Assembly (NCBI GenBank): GCA_965216315.1
Contig: CBDCFN010000016.1
Location: forward strand, 288,001 to 352,000
DNA length: 64,000 nucleotides
Direction: 5' to 3'
Origin: a bacterium
Lineage (GTDB): Bacteria > UBA10199 > 2-02-FULL-50-16 > JAJFLM01
This document shows, piece after piece, positions 40,108 to 51,082 of the stretch (position 1 is the first letter of the stretch; the number at the start of each line of letters is the position of its first letter). The notes below the pieces were generated by a model. The model saw only the letters and a program-made list of their open reading frames with translations. It had not been told where the DNA came from and made no database searches. The position numbers were made by a program, and so were the translations under genes.

Positions 40108-40637
40108 AGCCACAGTCTCGATATTTAATTCGCGGTATTATGGATGGGTTGATCTCAACCTTAGGGGTTGTTATCGGCGCCTTCAATCCCGATGCCGCAA
40201 TCGTTGTTGCGGCGGGTGCCGCCGGTGCCGTCGCCAACGGGGTTTCCAATATCATGGCCGCCCTGACGGCCGAGTACGCGGAGCGTTATCAAGATCTGCG
40301 CAAATTGGAACAGGCGACGCTGAGCGATCTGAGCGGGACCCATCACGAAAAACAGTTGCGGCGGCGGATGCGACTCGACGCCGCGGCGGATGGACTGGCG
40401 AGCATCAGCGGTGGAGTGATTCCCCTGGTGCCGTTTTTCTTTCTAAGAGGGCCGATGGCGCTCTATGGTTCAATCGCGGTCAGTTGTAGCTTGATGGGTA
40501 TCTTAGGGGTTTGGGTCGGGGCGCTGACCAAACAAAACATGGCCCTCATGTTTATCAAACTCGTCATCATGACGGTCGTGACAGCGTTTATCTGTTTCGT
40601 GATCGGCAATCTCATTCAGGGAGGCACGTTCTTATAA
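40104..40637 (+). CDS. VIT1/CCC1-like (TIGR00267-type) membrane protein
   Basis: RGIMDGLISTLGVV, ANGVSN..A...AE..E, GGVIPLVPF. Confidence 0.8.
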   Translation: MKPQSRYLIRGIMDGLISTLGVVIGAFNPDAAIVVAAGAAGAVANGVSNIMAALTAEYAERYQDLRKLEQATLSDLSGTHHEKQLRRRMRLDAAADGLASISGGVIPLVPFFFLRGPMALYGSIAVSCSLMGILGVWVGALTKQNMALMFIKLVIMTVVTAFICFVIGNLIQGGTFL

Positions 40638-41524
40638 TGTCCGTATTAGAGGCCCTCGTATTGGGTGTCATTCAAGGGTTGACCGAGTTTCTCCCGATTT
40701 CCAGTTCGGGCCATCTGGTGATCATTCAACAACTCTTTGGCCTTGAGGAGTCCGGCGCGGAGTTGTTGGGTTTTGATCTCGCCTTGCACTTCGGGACCTT
40801 GCTTTCCGTGCTGGCGGTGTTTTATCGGGATATTGGCGAAATGATTGCTGGATGTTTTCTCCTCTTGCGGCGGGTGGCCCGAAGAGTCCTTATTGTTGGG
40901 GCTCCCACGTCACAACAAAAGGACTCTGACAGGACAGGACCCGCCCCACTTCGAGAAAACAGAGGCGCCTACCTGGCCTTCCTTGTTCTCGCCGGCACGA
41001 TCCCCGCCGCGATCATCGGTGTCGCCTTCGCCGATTTTTTTCGTTCCCTCTTTGACTCGGCACTCGCGGCCGGCACCATGTTGTTGGTGACCGGCGCGAT
41101 CCTGTGGGGGACGCGCTTTGTCAAGAGCTCCGAGCGCCAGCTTAAGGATCTTTGCCTCGCCGACGCCCTCATCGTCGGCTGTGCGCAGGCCCTGGCGATC
41201 TTTCCCGGCATCTCACGGTCGGGTAGCACGATTGCGGCGGGTTTGTTCAGCCGCTGGGATCGCGAACTGGCCGCCCGCTATTCTTTTTTACTCGCGGTTC
41301 CCGCGATTGCCGGCGGCATCATCTTTGAGTTGGAGAACTTGAACCAGTGGTCGACGCAGGCGGCCTTGCCGTTGTTGGTCGGAGTCGTCGCGGCGGCCCT
41401 GTCCGGCTTCTTTGCGATTCATTGGCTGCTGCGCATCGTTCAACGAGGCCACTTCGCCAACTTTGCCTACTACTGCTGGGCGGTCGGCCTCGCGACGCTC
41501 GTTTATTTTGGGATCTTTGCTTAA
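40637..41524 (+). CDS. uppP: Undecaprenyl-diphosphate phosphatase
   Basis: QGLTEFLPISSSGHL, PGISRSGSTI, YSFLL.VP. Confidence 0.95.
   Translation: MSVLEALVLGVIQGLTEFLPISSSGHLVIIQQLFGLEESGAELLGFDLALHFGTLLSVLAVFYRDIGEMIAGCFLLLRRVARRVLIVGAPTSQQKDSDRTGPAPLRENRGAYLAFLVLAGTIPAAIIGVAFADFFRSLFDSALAAGTMLLVTGAILWGTRFVKSSERQLKDLCLADALIVGCAQALAIFPGISRSGSTIAAGLFSRWDRELAARYSFLLAVPAIAGGIIFELENLNQWSTQAALPLLVGVVAAALSGFFAIHWLLRIVQRGHFANFAYYCWAVGLATLVYFGIFA
40869..40945. repeat. Imperfect palindrome inserted in-frame in uppP
   Basis: GGCGGGT...AGAGTCCTT-A-TTGTTG ... CAACAA-AAGGACTCT...ACCCGCC. Confidence 0.55.
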
Positions 41525-41541
41525 TCTGTTACGATCCCCGC

Positions 41542-41943
41542 ATGGCCATTCGAATGCTGTTGGCATTTTTGGCGGTGATGGATCTGGGCCTGGGGTTGTG
41601 TTGTGTGCTCGCCCCGGAGATCTTCATCGAATTCGTCTGGCCCCAGGCCGATGCGGACACCTTGTTTCTGATCCGTCGGACCGGCGCGATCTGGCTCTTC
41701 TTTGCGGTCGCCGAGTTGGCGGCCTGGCAGAAACCCAACCTGATGCGGCGCCGCCTCGTTGCGGCGTTGCGGTTTATGGATATCGTTCCGGATCTCTTGT
41801 GGGTGACGCTCGCCTACGACGAGTTGAGCGCGATGGGTCGCATTCTGATCGAGGCGGCACCGCCCTTTAATCTCTTGGTCGGGATTTGGCTTTGGTACAA
41901 GCCCGCGCGGGCCCCGGCGCACGAACCCCTTTATTTTAGCTAG
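41542..41943 (+). CDS. Small multi-pass membrane protein
   Basis: About four hydrophobic segments; lies between uppP and recN. Confidence 0.65.
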   Translation: MAIRMLLAFLAVMDLGLGLCCVLAPEIFIEFVWPQADADTLFLIRRTGAIWLFFAVAELAAWQKPNLMRRRLVAALRFMDIVPDLLWVTLAYDELSAMGRILIEAAPPFNLLVGIWLWYKPARAPAHEPLYFS

Positions 41944-41988
41944 GTTATGCCGGTTGCGCGGGTGGAAGGCCTGTGCTAACCCTCGACC

Positions 41989-43683
41989 ATGCTGCAGTCT
42001 TTGCACATTCGGAACTTCGCGATTATCGAAGACGTCGCCCTCGAGTTCGGTCCCGGCCTCAACGTGCTGACCGGTGAAACCGGTGCGGGTAAATCGATCA
42101 TCATTCAGGCGTTGAGTTTGTTGATGGGTCAGCGCGGGAGTTCGGAATGGATTCGCAAGGACGAGGCGTCCGCGGTCGTGACGGGGCTCTTTAACGTCAG
42201 TGATCGACCTGATCTCCTCAAAAAAATCGATGAGTGGGGGGTGCCGCTGGATGAACCGGAATTACTCGTGCAACGTACGCTGGCACGGAGTGGCCGCAAT
42301 CAAGTCCGGCTCAACGGCATGCCGGCAACGGTGGCGATGCTCGCCGAACTCGCCGAACGTCTCGTTGATATCGTTTCCCAAAAAGAACATGAAATGCTGT
42401 TGCGCTCGGAAGTCCAACGCGACCTGCTCGATCAGTTTGGGGGGCTAGAGAAAACCCGCCAGGCGTATCGTGATTCATTGGAAAAACTCCATCACTTGCA
42501 ACAAGAGCGGGCGGCCCTCGAAGAAGGGGATCGCAGCAATCGTGAGATGGAAGAGTTTTTGCGCTTTCAAGCCAAGGAAATAAAAGAAGCCCAACTGCAC
42601 GCGGGTGAGGACGAAGAGCTTAAAACCGAGAAGTCGCGCATCAAGAATGCCGCGCACTTGGGCGAGTTGTGTACACTGGCGGAAACTCTCTTGGTCTCCG
42701 GTGATGACACCGTGACCGGACGCTTAGCGCAGTTGGAACAACAACTGGCCCGCGTGAGTGACGATGATGCCCAATTGGCAGAGCTGCTGGTGGTATTACA
42801 GTCCGTCCAGGCTCAATTGGCGGATGTCGCGCGGACTTTCACCAATAATTTACAGGAGCTCAATTTCGAACCGGGTCGCCTCGAAGCGATCGAGTCGCGA
42901 CTTGCCGAAATTGATCGACTCAAACGTAAATATGGCGCCAGTGTCGAGGAGGTCTTGCTGTTTGCTGAAGAGGTAACGTCCAAACTCGAAGGGCTGGAAA
43001 ATTTTGAAGAGCGTGCGGTTGAATTGAGACAGGCCTGTGAAGAGGGCGAGCAAGAGTTGGTCGCCCTCGACAAAAAATTACAAGAAGCCCGCCGCAAGGT
43101 CGCGAAACGTTTGGCCAAGGAAGTCGTCAAGGAGCTGACCGATTTGGGGATGGAACAAGCGGTGTTCGAAGTCGCTTGGGAGGCCGTCGCCAACGGTCTG
43201 TTGACTGCGCATGGCAAGCAATATGATCGCTTGGGAAGTCAGCGGGCCGTTTTCAACTTAGTGGCCAATCCCGGCGAAGATCCGAAGCCACTCGTGCGCA
43301 TCGCCTCGGGGGGCGAGCGTTCACGTATCTTGCTCGCGATCAAAAAAATCCTCGTTGATTTTGCGGATCTCGCCACGTCCATCTATGACGAGGTCGATGA
43401 AGGTGTCGGGGGTGCGACGGCGAGCAAGATCGGTGAGAAACTAGCGGAGATTGCCAAGCAGCGCCAAGTCATCTGTATTACGCATCAGGCGCAGATTGCC
43501 GCCTTTGCATCGGCTCATTTCGTTATCCACAAGGAATTCGGGGATGCCCGGACTCAGACTTGCGTGCGGCGGCTGGAACAAGACGAACACGAGCTGGAAT
43601 TGGCGCGCATGTTGGCCGGCAAAAAAGTTACTGCGCAGGCGCGTGAGCATGCTCGCGAATTGATTCGGAGCGCCGGCGCGTGA
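41989..43683 (+). CDS. recN: DNA repair protein RecN
   Basis: LTGETGAGKS, coiled coil, ASGGERSR, DEVDEGVGG, VICITHQAQIAA. Confidence 0.96.
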   Translation: MLQSLHIRNFAIIEDVALEFGPGLNVLTGETGAGKSIIIQALSLLMGQRGSSEWIRKDEASAVVTGLFNVSDRPDLLKKIDEWGVPLDEPELLVQRTLARSGRNQVRLNGMPATVAMLAELAERLVDIVSQKEHEMLLRSEVQRDLLDQFGGLEKTRQAYRDSLEKLHHLQQERAALEEGDRSNREMEEFLRFQAKEIKEAQLHAGEDEELKTEKSRIKNAAHLGELCTLAETLLVSGDDTVTGRLAQLEQQLARVSDDDAQLAELLVVLQSVQAQLADVARTFTNNLQELNFEPGRLEAIESRLAEIDRLKRKYGASVEEVLLFAEEVTSKLEGLENFEERAVELRQACEEGEQELVALDKKLQEARRKVAKRLAKEVVKELTDLGMEQAVFEVAWEAVANGLLTAHGKQYDRLGSQRAVFNLVANPGEDPKPLVRIASGGERSRILLAIKKILVDFADLATSIYDEVDEGVGGATASKIGEKLAEIAKQRQVICITHQAQIAAFASAHFVIHKEFGDARTQTCVRRLEQDEHELELARMLAGKKVTAQAREHARELIRSAGA

Positions 43684-45038
43684 GTTCAGATCGCGAAATC
43701 GCATCGCTCGTGCATAGCTTCTTACCTCTCGCCGAAGTCGACAATGCCGAGATCTATCTCGAGACGCGACAGAACTTAGAAATCCAAGTTAAAGATCGTG
43801 AGATTAATTCATTGCAGCGTGCCCGGGAGCAGGGCGTTGCCGTTCGGCTTGAGCGTGAGGGCCATGTCGGTTTTGCCTATTCGACCGATTTGACCCGGGG
43901 CGCGCTCGAAAGACTGGTCGCACAGTCATACAATAGTTTGCAGACCGTCGAACCGAAGTATCGTCAGTATCTTCCTGACCTAAACATGTTGCATAGTGTG
44001 CCGACGCTCCAACAGTATGATGAAGGTTTAGCGACGCGCCCTTTGGTGGATAAGATCGAAGTCGCACTGCATCTGGAACAGGTGGCGCTTGAATATGACA
44101 AACGGGTGCAACAGGTCCGTATGGGGACATATCAAGATGAAGTGAAAGAGGTGTTGTTGTGGAGCTGCAAGCCGGAGCAGGAACCGGCGGAGCGGCATTA
44201 TCGCAGCACCTTGTGCCAAGTCTATTTAATGGTGATAGCCGCGGATGACACCGGCCAAGAGTCGAGTTGGAATATCGGTTTTGCCCCTTACTTTGATGAG
44301 CTGCCAACGGACGCGGTGGCGCGCGATGCGGCTGAGGAGGCCGTTGGTCGCCTTCAGGCCCAAGTCCTGAAGACCGGTCACTATACGGCGGTACTTGACC
44401 GATCGGTGGTGGCGGCGTTTCTCGGTATTTTAGCCCCGTCTTTTCTCGGCGATGCTGTTCAGAAGCATAAATCTCGCTTGGAGGGTAAGCTGGGGGAGGC
44501 CATTTATGCGGACTGCGTCAATCTCGTCGATGATGGCTGCCTGCGGGGGGGCATGGCCAGTTTTCCCTACGACGGCGAGGGCGTTCCGAGTCAGAAAACG
44601 CCGGTTGTCGCAAAGGGTGTCCTTCAGACCTATTTATATGATACAAGTAGTGGTCGGACCGCTGGGAAGGAGTCCACTGGAAATAGCGTGCGCGCTAATA
44701 TTAAGGAAGCCCCGCGAGCGGGGACGCGGAATTTTTATCTGAGTCCAGGCACCGCGTCGATCGACGAACTCGTGGTGGGAATAGAAAACGGCGTTGCGAT
44801 TCATGACGTGATCGGAATGCATACGGCCAATCCCATTACGGGAGATTTTTCGGTCGGTGCTTCCGGCTATCGGATTCGCGATGGAAAAAAGGCAGAAGCC
44901 ATAAGAGGATTTGCTATTTCTGGGAATTTACATAATATTTTTTCGTTAGTGGAACGCATTGGCGCTGATTTAAAGTTTTATGGATCTGTGGGAGCGCCTT
45001 CCGTGCGTATTGCGGAGCTGTCAGTGGGTGGTCAATAA
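43680..45038 (+). CDS. pmbA: TldD/PmbA family protein (PmbA/TldE-like)
   Basis: SFPYDGEG, STGN, NPITGDFSVGASG, ISGN; no HExxH motif. Confidence 0.85.
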   Translation: MSSDREIASLVHSFLPLAEVDNAEIYLETRQNLEIQVKDREINSLQRAREQGVAVRLEREGHVGFAYSTDLTRGALERLVAQSYNSLQTVEPKYRQYLPDLNMLHSVPTLQQYDEGLATRPLVDKIEVALHLEQVALEYDKRVQQVRMGTYQDEVKEVLLWSCKPEQEPAERHYRSTLCQVYLMVIAADDTGQESSWNIGFAPYFDELPTDAVARDAAEEAVGRLQAQVLKTGHYTAVLDRSVVAAFLGILAPSFLGDAVQKHKSRLEGKLGEAIYADCVNLVDDGCLRGGMASFPYDGEGVPSQKTPVVAKGVLQTYLYDTSSGRTAGKESTGNSVRANIKEAPRAGTRNFYLSPGTASIDELVVGIENGVAIHDVIGMHTANPITGDFSVGASGYRIRDGKKAEAIRGFAISGNLHNIFSLVERIGADLKFYGSVGAPSVRIAELSVGGQ

Positions 45039-45799
45039 TGATTGAAGCCTATGGTCTCAGTGATGTGGGGCGACGTCGCGAGAAGAACGAGGACTCGATC
45101 CTCGTCGATAATGGCCTTCATGTTTATATGGTTGCCGACGGGATGGGCGGCCATCTGGGTGGCGAATTCGCGAGCAACCTAACCGTCAAAACGGTCCAAG
45201 AAGTCTTTCAGAAATTAGAAGAGGATCCTGAAGCGACCCTCGTTGCGGGTGGTGAAGAGGCGGCCACGGATATCGGGGAGCGTCTTAAATATTCCATTCG
45301 CGTGGCGTCGATGCGTGTCTATGACGAGGCGAGTAAAAATGAGAGCCTCTCCGGTATGGGCACCACCGCGGTCGGTATCGCTATTAATGATGATAGGGCC
45401 TATATAGCCAATGTCGGTGACAGTCGTGCCTATCTGATCCGGGATAAAACGATCACTCAATTGACCGAGGACCATTCCCTGGTTTCGGAACAACTGAAGG
45501 CCGGCCTGATCACCGACGAAGGGGCCCGCACCCATCGCCTGAAGAATATTATTACCCGCTCGGTGGGCTTTCAACGCGATGTTGAGGCCGACCTGCTGAC
45601 GCGGGATCTCGAGGATAAAGACATTTTTTTGCTTTGTTCCGATGGCCTCAGCAACCTCGTTGAGGACCAGCGTATTCTCCGCATTATCCGCAAGAACGGG
45701 TCCCTGGATAAGGCCTGTGAACGCCTCATCGAGGCCGCCAATGACGAGGGAGGCGACGATAATGTCTCTGTCGTGTTGGTCCGCGTCTCTGAGGCCTAA
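45038..45799 (+). CDS. PP2C-type Ser/Thr phosphatase (Stp1/IreP family)
   Basis: SDVGRRREKNED, VADGMGG, GMGTT, NVGDSRAY, LCSDGL, GGDDNVS. Confidence 0.95.
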   Translation: MIEAYGLSDVGRRREKNEDSILVDNGLHVYMVADGMGGHLGGEFASNLTVKTVQEVFQKLEEDPEATLVAGGEEAATDIGERLKYSIRVASMRVYDEASKNESLSGMGTTAVGIAINDDRAYIANVGDSRAYLIRDKTITQLTEDHSLVSEQLKAGLITDEGARTHRLKNIITRSVGFQRDVEADLLTRDLEDKDIFLLCSDGLSNLVEDQRILRIIRKNGSLDKACERLIEAANDEGGDDNVSVVLVRVSEA

Positions 45800-45924
45800 G
45801 TCCCTGTAATTAAAAGAGAAATTAGCAGCCAAAAGACTTGACAGAGGGCCGGATCGTCTTGTAGGTAGGGGTCACTCCAGCCTGTAGCGAAACTTTTTCT
45901 ATAAAAGGACGATAAAGAATACGA

Positions 45925-46929
45925 GTGATGAAGACGGCAAATTCTCAGCAAAAGCGCAGACAGGGGTCATCTTTCCATTTATTGATGGTTCCCGATGATT
46001 CGAGCCAGATTCACCGGCTACGGGTCCGTACCTGGCAATTACGCAGCGGCATCCTCTTAGCCGTCGGTCTCATCCTCGGTCTCGCCGTGACGACGGGGGG
46101 CTATCTCCGTTATCAAGGGCTCTATCGCAAGACGGCGGATATCCGGGGTCGTTACGCTCAGCTCCAACAAGAACAATCACGCCTCTCGCAGCGGCTCGTT
46201 TTGCTCGAGGCGACAGTCAGCCGTGCCGAAAAACTGGCCAGCAAGGTCGATTCGCTCGTCGGTCCGCAAGTGACGGTTCAGGCCCAAGGGGTAGGCCCCA
46301 TCGAAGGGCGGCAGCGTCAGGCCATCGGCGATCCACAAATTTTTTCAAATCTTAATGACCTCGATCCCGCGGTCTTTGCAGGCCAATTTGGCGGTATGAT
46401 GGAAAAGATGCAGGCACGTTCACTTGGCGTCGAAAATCAGGTGACGGCCCTTTACCAGAAATACCAAGATCAAATGGTCCGGCTCTCGTCGACACCGAGC
46501 CTTTGGCCGGTCTATGGGTGGATGACGTCCCGCTTTGGTCCGCGCCGCTCGCCGTTTGGAGGCAAGGCCCGCTTTCATGATGGTCTTGATATCGCCGCTC
46601 CTTGGGGTACGACGGTCAAGGCAGCGGGCGATGCCGTGGTGAAATATGCGGGCTATAAAGGTGGTCTCGGTAAGACCGTCATCCTGGATCACGGTTTTGG
46701 GATTCAGACCGTCTATGGTCACAACTCAAAGCTGCTCGTTAAGGAAGGTGATACGGTCGGTCGTGGTAAACAGATTGCCGCGGTTGGGAATACCGGGCAC
46801 AGCACGGGCCCGCATCTTCATTTCGAGGTCCGCGTTGATGGCGTTGCCGTCGACCCCATGACTTATCTGCCCCCCCGGACTGAATTGACGAAGTCCGAAG
46901 TCCTCTCTTCTAAAAAGAAGGCCCTCTAA
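45925..46929 (+). CDS. M23 family metallopeptidase with TM segment and coiled coil
   Basis: HDGLDI, TVYGH, STGPHLHFEV. Confidence 0.93.
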   Translation: MMKTANSQQKRRQGSSFHLLMVPDDSSQIHRLRVRTWQLRSGILLAVGLILGLAVTTGGYLRYQGLYRKTADIRGRYAQLQQEQSRLSQRLVLLEATVSRAEKLASKVDSLVGPQVTVQAQGVGPIEGRQRQAIGDPQIFSNLNDLDPAVFAGQFGGMMEKMQARSLGVENQVTALYQKYQDQMVRLSSTPSLWPVYGWMTSRFGPRRSPFGGKARFHDGLDIAAPWGTTVKAAGDAVVKYAGYKGGLGKTVILDHGFGIQTVYGHNSKLLVKEGDTVGRGKQIAAVGNTGHSTGPHLHFEVRVDGVAVDPMTYLPPRTELTKSEVLSSKKKAL

Positions 46930-46983
46930 GTTAGCTCAAGAGCTTGCTATTCGTTTAGGCCCTATAGTAATCGATTGCCATGC

Positions 46984-47181
46984 CGGCGATAATGAAAAAG
47001 CTGTTTGGCAGTCAAAACGAGCGCGACCGATTCGCTCACCAAAAGCGCAGCTTCCGGTTCGCTAAAGTCAGGGGGCGAATCTTCTCTCCCCCTGACAACC
47101 CCCATCGTCGGGATAAGTGAAGGGGAGGCTTTTATGCGGCAATAATGAAAAAGTTGTTTGGTAGCCAAAACGAGCGCGACC
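46984..47181 (+). repeat. 45-bp direct duplication of the secA 5' end (46984-47028 and 47137-47181)
   Basis: CGGC[G/A]ATAATGAAAAAG[C/T]TGTTTGG[C/T]AG[T/C]CAAAACGAGCGCGACC; 4 mismatches, offset 153 bp. Confidence 0.9.
47030..47136 (+). repeat. ~107-bp palindromic dispersed element, copy 1
   Basis: Shares AAAGCGCAGCTTCCG, GGGGGCGAA, TCTCCCCCT and CCCCCATCGT in the same order with 59936-60045. Confidence 0.85.
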
Positions 47182-49835
47182 TTAAGAGGCTGAATCCGCT
47201 GGTCGAGCAAATCAATGCGCTCGAGCCCAGCATAGAAAAACTCAGCGACGATGAACTGCGTGGCAAGACCGCCGAGTTTCGGCAGCGGCTCAGTGAAGGC
47301 GCCAAGCTGGATGATCTCTTGCCGGAGGCCTTTGCCTGTGTGCGCGAGGCCTCAAAACGCACTCTTAAAATGCGGCACTTTGATGTCCAGTTGTTGGGGG
47401 GCATCGTACTGCATCAAGGCATGATTGCTGAGATGAAGACCGGTGAAGGAAAGACGCTGGTCGCGACCTTGCCGGTTTATTTGAATGCCCTGACCGGAAA
47501 GGGTGTGCACGTTGTGACGGTCAATGATTACCTGGCCAAACGTGATGCTCAATGGATGGGGCACATTTATGAGTTTCTTGGGATGAGTGTCGGCGTTATC
47601 GTTCACGGCCTCAACGACGAACAACGCAAAGCGGCCTATGCGGCTGATATCACTTACGGTACTAATAACGAAATTGGTTTCGATTTTTTGCGTGATAACA
47701 TGAAGTTTGATCGCGCGGATTTTTCTCAACGTAATTTCCATTATGCGATTGTCGATGAAGTGGATTCTATTTTAATCGACGAAGCGCGGACGCCGTTGAT
47801 TATTTCAGGGCCTTCCGAGAGATCCACGGATAAATATTATCAAATCAATCGAATTATTCCCGGCCTCGAAAAGGGTGAAGTCATCGAGGATGAGGAAGGG
47901 AATAAATCGACGACGGGTGATTTCACCGTCGATGAAAAATCGAAGTCGGCGATGCTGACCGATGAAGGGGTCGCCAAGGTCGAGAAAAAGCTCAATATTG
48001 ATAACCTGTATGACCCGCGTAATATCGATGTTCTCCACCATGTCAATCAGGCGCTCAAGGCCCATGCGATGTTTAAGCGCGATGTCGACTACGTCGTTAA
48101 AGAAGGCAAAGTGATGATTGTCGATGAATTTACGGGTCGCCTCATGGCCGGGCGCCGTTGGTCCGACGGTTTGCATCAGGCGGTTGAAGCCAAAGAAGGC
48201 GTGACGATTGAAAATGAAAATCAGACGCTGGCGACGATCACCTTCCAGAACCTGTTTCGAATGTATGAAAAGCTGTCGGGGATGACGGGAACTGCGGAGA
48301 CGGAGGCGCCGGAATTCGGCAAAATCTACAAGCTGGAAGTCCGTGTCATGCCGACCAATCGCGAGCTTGTCCGCAAGGATGAAGCGGACGTGATCTATAA
48401 GACGGAGCGGGAAAAATTTCATGAAGTGATTGAGGATATCAAAGAACGCCACAAAAAAGGGCAGCCTGTACTGGTGGGGACGATCTCCATTGAAAAGTCC
48501 GAAGTCCTCGCGCAGCTCCTCAAGCGAGAAGGCTTCCCCCATCATGTATTGAATGCCAAGCATCATACCAAAGAAGCCGAGATCATCGCTCAGGCGGGAC
48601 GACTCGGGTCCGTCACGATCTCAACCAACATGGCCGGACGTGGAACCGATATTGTCTTGGGCGGGAATCCGGAGTTTCTGGCCAAGAGCAAGTTCGATCC
48701 GGAGGAAAGCCCGGACAAATATCAGAAGGCATTAGCCGAGTTTGAGGCGCAGTGTAGCGCGGAACGCGAACAGGTGCTGGCTGCGGGAGGACTTTATGTC
48801 TTGGGGACGGAAAGACACGAGTCAAGGCGTATCGACAACCAGCTCCGGGGCCGCTCGGGTCGTCAGGGGGATCCCGGAGAATCGCGGTTTTATCTCTCGC
48901 TTGAAGATGACCTGCTACGTATTTTCGGGTCGGAGCGGATTAGCCGCATGATGGATCGCTTGGGCATTGAGGAGTATGAGCCGATCACGCATCCCTGGAT
49001 TTCCAAGGCGATAGCGAATGCGCAAAAGAAAGTTGAAGGCCACAACTTCGGGATCCGTAAAAACCTGTTGGAATACGATGACGTGATGAACCAACAACGT
49101 CAGACGGTTTATCAGATGCGCCGCAAGATTCTTGAAAGTGAAGATTTTACGGACTCGGCTTACGACTCGATTGACTATGCCGTCGCCGACACGGTGGATG
49201 CGCTTGTTCCTGATAAAGTGCAGCCGGATGATTATGATACGAGTTCTTTGGATGAAAAATGCCTGTCTCTGTTTGGATGGTGTCCGGAGTACAACCGCCT
49301 CGACCGTGATGATTGGAGTCCGGACGGGATCGGTAAGTACCTCTATGATCGCGCGTTAGAGACGTATAATCAGAAGGTGGAACAGTATACTCCTGAGATC
49401 ATGAATCATGTGGGCAAGGTTTTGGCACTCTCGACCTTGGATTCGCTCTGGAAGGACCACCTCTTGGCGATGGATCACTTGCGTGAAGGCATTGGGCTGC
49501 GGGGCTACGGACAAAAAGATCCGCTGTTGGAATATAAACGCGAAGGGCTCGGTATTTTTCAGATGATGTTGAGCCGTTTTCATGCGGAGCTTGTCGAAAA
49601 GATCTTTCACGTTCAGATCACATCGGAAGCCGGTGCATCGATTGAAGCGGGCGACGAATCTCCGGCCATGTCCATGGGCCGCGGCTCTTTGCCGGGTCTT
49701 CCCGAAGGCGGGCAACGCCCGGAAGCCGAGCCGCAGACCAAGGGGACGGTTGTCCGTGAAGGCGAGAAGGTCGGGCGTAATGAGCCTTGCCCGTGTGGCT
49801 CGGGCAAGAAGTATAAGAAGTGCCACGGAAAATAA
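47145..49835 (+). CDS. secA: Preprotein translocase subunit SecA
   Basis: [32 protein letters not shown]-terminal SEC-C motif [18 protein letters not shown]. Confidence 0.98.
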   Translation: MKKLFGSQNERDLKRLNPLVEQINALEPSIEKLSDDELRGKTAEFRQRLSEGAKLDDLLPEAFACVREASKRTLKMRHFDVQLLGGIVLHQGMIAEMKTGEGKTLVATLPVYLNALTGKGVHVVTVNDYLAKRDAQWMGHIYEFLGMSVGVIVHGLNDEQRKAAYAADITYGTNNEIGFDFLRDNMKFDRADFSQRNFHYAIVDEVDSILIDEARTPLIISGPSERSTDKYYQINRIIPGLEKGEVIEDEEGNKSTTGDFTVDEKSKSAMLTDEGVAKVEKKLNIDNLYDPRNIDVLHHVNQALKAHAMFKRDVDYVVKEGKVMIVDEFTGRLMAGRRWSDGLHQAVEAKEGVTIENENQTLATITFQNLFRMYEKLSGMTGTAETEAPEFGKIYKLEVRVMPTNRELVRKDEADVIYKTEREKFHEVIEDIKERHKKGQPVLVGTISIEKSEVLAQLLKREGFPHHVLNAKHHTKEAEIIAQAGRLGSVTISTNMAGRGTDIVLGGNPEFLAKSKFDPEESPDKYQKALAEFEAQCSAEREQVLAAGGLYVLGTERHESRRIDNQLRGRSGRQGDPGESRFYLSLEDDLLRIFGSERISRMMDRLGIEEYEPITHPWISKAIANAQKKVEGHNFGIRKNLLEYDDVMNQQRQTVYQMRRKILESEDFTDSAYDSIDYAVADTVDALVPDKVQPDDYDTSSLDEKCLSLFGWCPEYNRLDRDDWSPDGIGKYLYDRALETYNQKVEQYTPEIMNHVGKVLALSTLDSLWKDHLLAMDHLREGIGLRGYGQKDPLLEYKREGLGIFQMMLSRFHAELVEKIFHVQITSEAGASIEAGDESPAMSMGRGSLPGLPEGGQRPEAEPQTKGTVVREGEKVGRNEPCPCGSGKKYKKCHGK

Positions 49836-49837
49836 CG

Positions 49838-51058
49838 ATGGCAAAGAAAGCAAGATCGCTGGTTGTGCCGGGTTTTCACTTTGCGGGGCTCGCCTGTGGC
49901 ATCAAGCCGAAGCGCAAAAAAGACCTGGCCCTCATTTATTCGGAAGTCCCGGCGACGGTGGTCGGAACTTTCACCCAACATCCGGCAGCCGCGGCGCCGG
50001 TCGTGTTAAGCCGGCGCCACATCCGCAAGGGCATCGCCCAGGCGGTTGTTATCAATAGCGGTAACGCCAATGCCTGTACCGGTGACCGCGGTATGAAAGA
50101 CGCTCGGGTGATGGCCAAAACAACGGCACAGTGTCTGCAAGTCACGTCGTCGCGCGTCCTGGTTTGTTCGACAGGGGTGATCGGCGTGCCTCTTCCCATC
50201 CGGCAAGTTGTTAGCGGGATTAAGCAAGGTGCCGGCCAACTGAAGCCGCAAGCATTAGGGGCCGCTGCTGAAGCGATTATGACGACGGATAAAGGGCCCA
50301 AAAAAACCGGGGCGATCGATCAGGTCGGCCGGCTGCCGTTTCGACTCGTTTCTTTTGCCAAAGGGGCGGGGATGATAGAGCCCCATATGAAATTGGAACG
50401 GCCGCATGCAACCCTGCTGGCCTTCGCGATGACGGATCTCTGTTTAGAGCCGCGATGGGCGGCGCGCGTGCTCAGTGAAGCCGTTGAAGCCTCATTCAAT
50501 TGTATTTCGGTCGATGGCGATACCTCGACCAATGATACCTGCTTGCTACTGGCCAATGGTAAGGCGGGCAATAAGCCACTCAAGCCCGGTACGGCCGGCG
50601 CGCGCCGGTTTGAGCGTCTCCTTGCCGAGCAACTCCAGTACCTCGCCAAGGAAATGGTGGCGGACGGCGAAGGGGCGACGAAGGTCGCGACCATTATCGT
50701 CAAGGGGGCCAAGACCCATAGTCAAGCGCGTCAAATAGCCTATACCATCGCTAATTCGCAGCTCGTGCGGACCTCGTTTTACGGCGCGGATCCCAATTGG
50801 GGCCGCGTTCTTGCCGCTGCCGGCAATTCCGGCGCAACTTGTCGACCCGACAAGGTCGATATTTCTTATGGAAATGTTCGAGTTTGCCGGAAAGGGCTCG
50901 ATGCGGGGCCCGTAGCGGAACGTCGCGCTAAAAAGGTCCTCCAGGCCCAGGAATTCAGCGTGACGATTGACTGCCATCTCGGACAAGGCACCCACCAACT
51001 CCTTTCTAGCGATCTCGGCATTGAATATGTTAAGTTAAATAGCTGTTATAGAAGCTAA
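49838..51058 (+). CDS. argJ: Ornithine acetyltransferase ArgJ
   Basis: [50 protein letters not shown]. Confidence 0.95.
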   Translation: MAKKARSLVVPGFHFAGLACGIKPKRKKDLALIYSEVPATVVGTFTQHPAAAAPVVLSRRHIRKGIAQAVVINSGNANACTGDRGMKDARVMAKTTAQCLQVTSSRVLVCSTGVIGVPLPIRQVVSGIKQGAGQLKPQALGAAAEAIMTTDKGPKKTGAIDQVGRLPFRLVSFAKGAGMIEPHMKLERPHATLLAFAMTDLCLEPRWAARVLSEAVEASFNCISVDGDTSTNDTCLLLANGKAGNKPLKPGTAGARRFERLLAEQLQYLAKEMVADGEGATKVATIIVKGAKTHSQARQIAYTIANSQLVRTSFYGADPNWGRVLAAAGNSGATCRPDKVDISYGNVRVCRKGLDAGPVAERRAKKVLQAQEFSVTIDCHLGQGTHQLLSSDLGIEYVKLNSCYRS

Positions 51059-51082
51059 CATTAACATTTTTTTGTCTCGATT

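Noticed and set aside
47030..47136. Known riboswitch (c-di-GMP, SAM) or SecM homologue
   Set aside because: I could not match the consensus elements. The leader ORF has no signal peptide or SecM-like arrest motif.
47805..48566. Long antisense ORFs (253 aa here; also 56923-57795, 45215-45832, 9320-9949, 23198-23770)
   Set aside because: Shadow frames of well-supported genes on the opposite strand, expected from codon bias.
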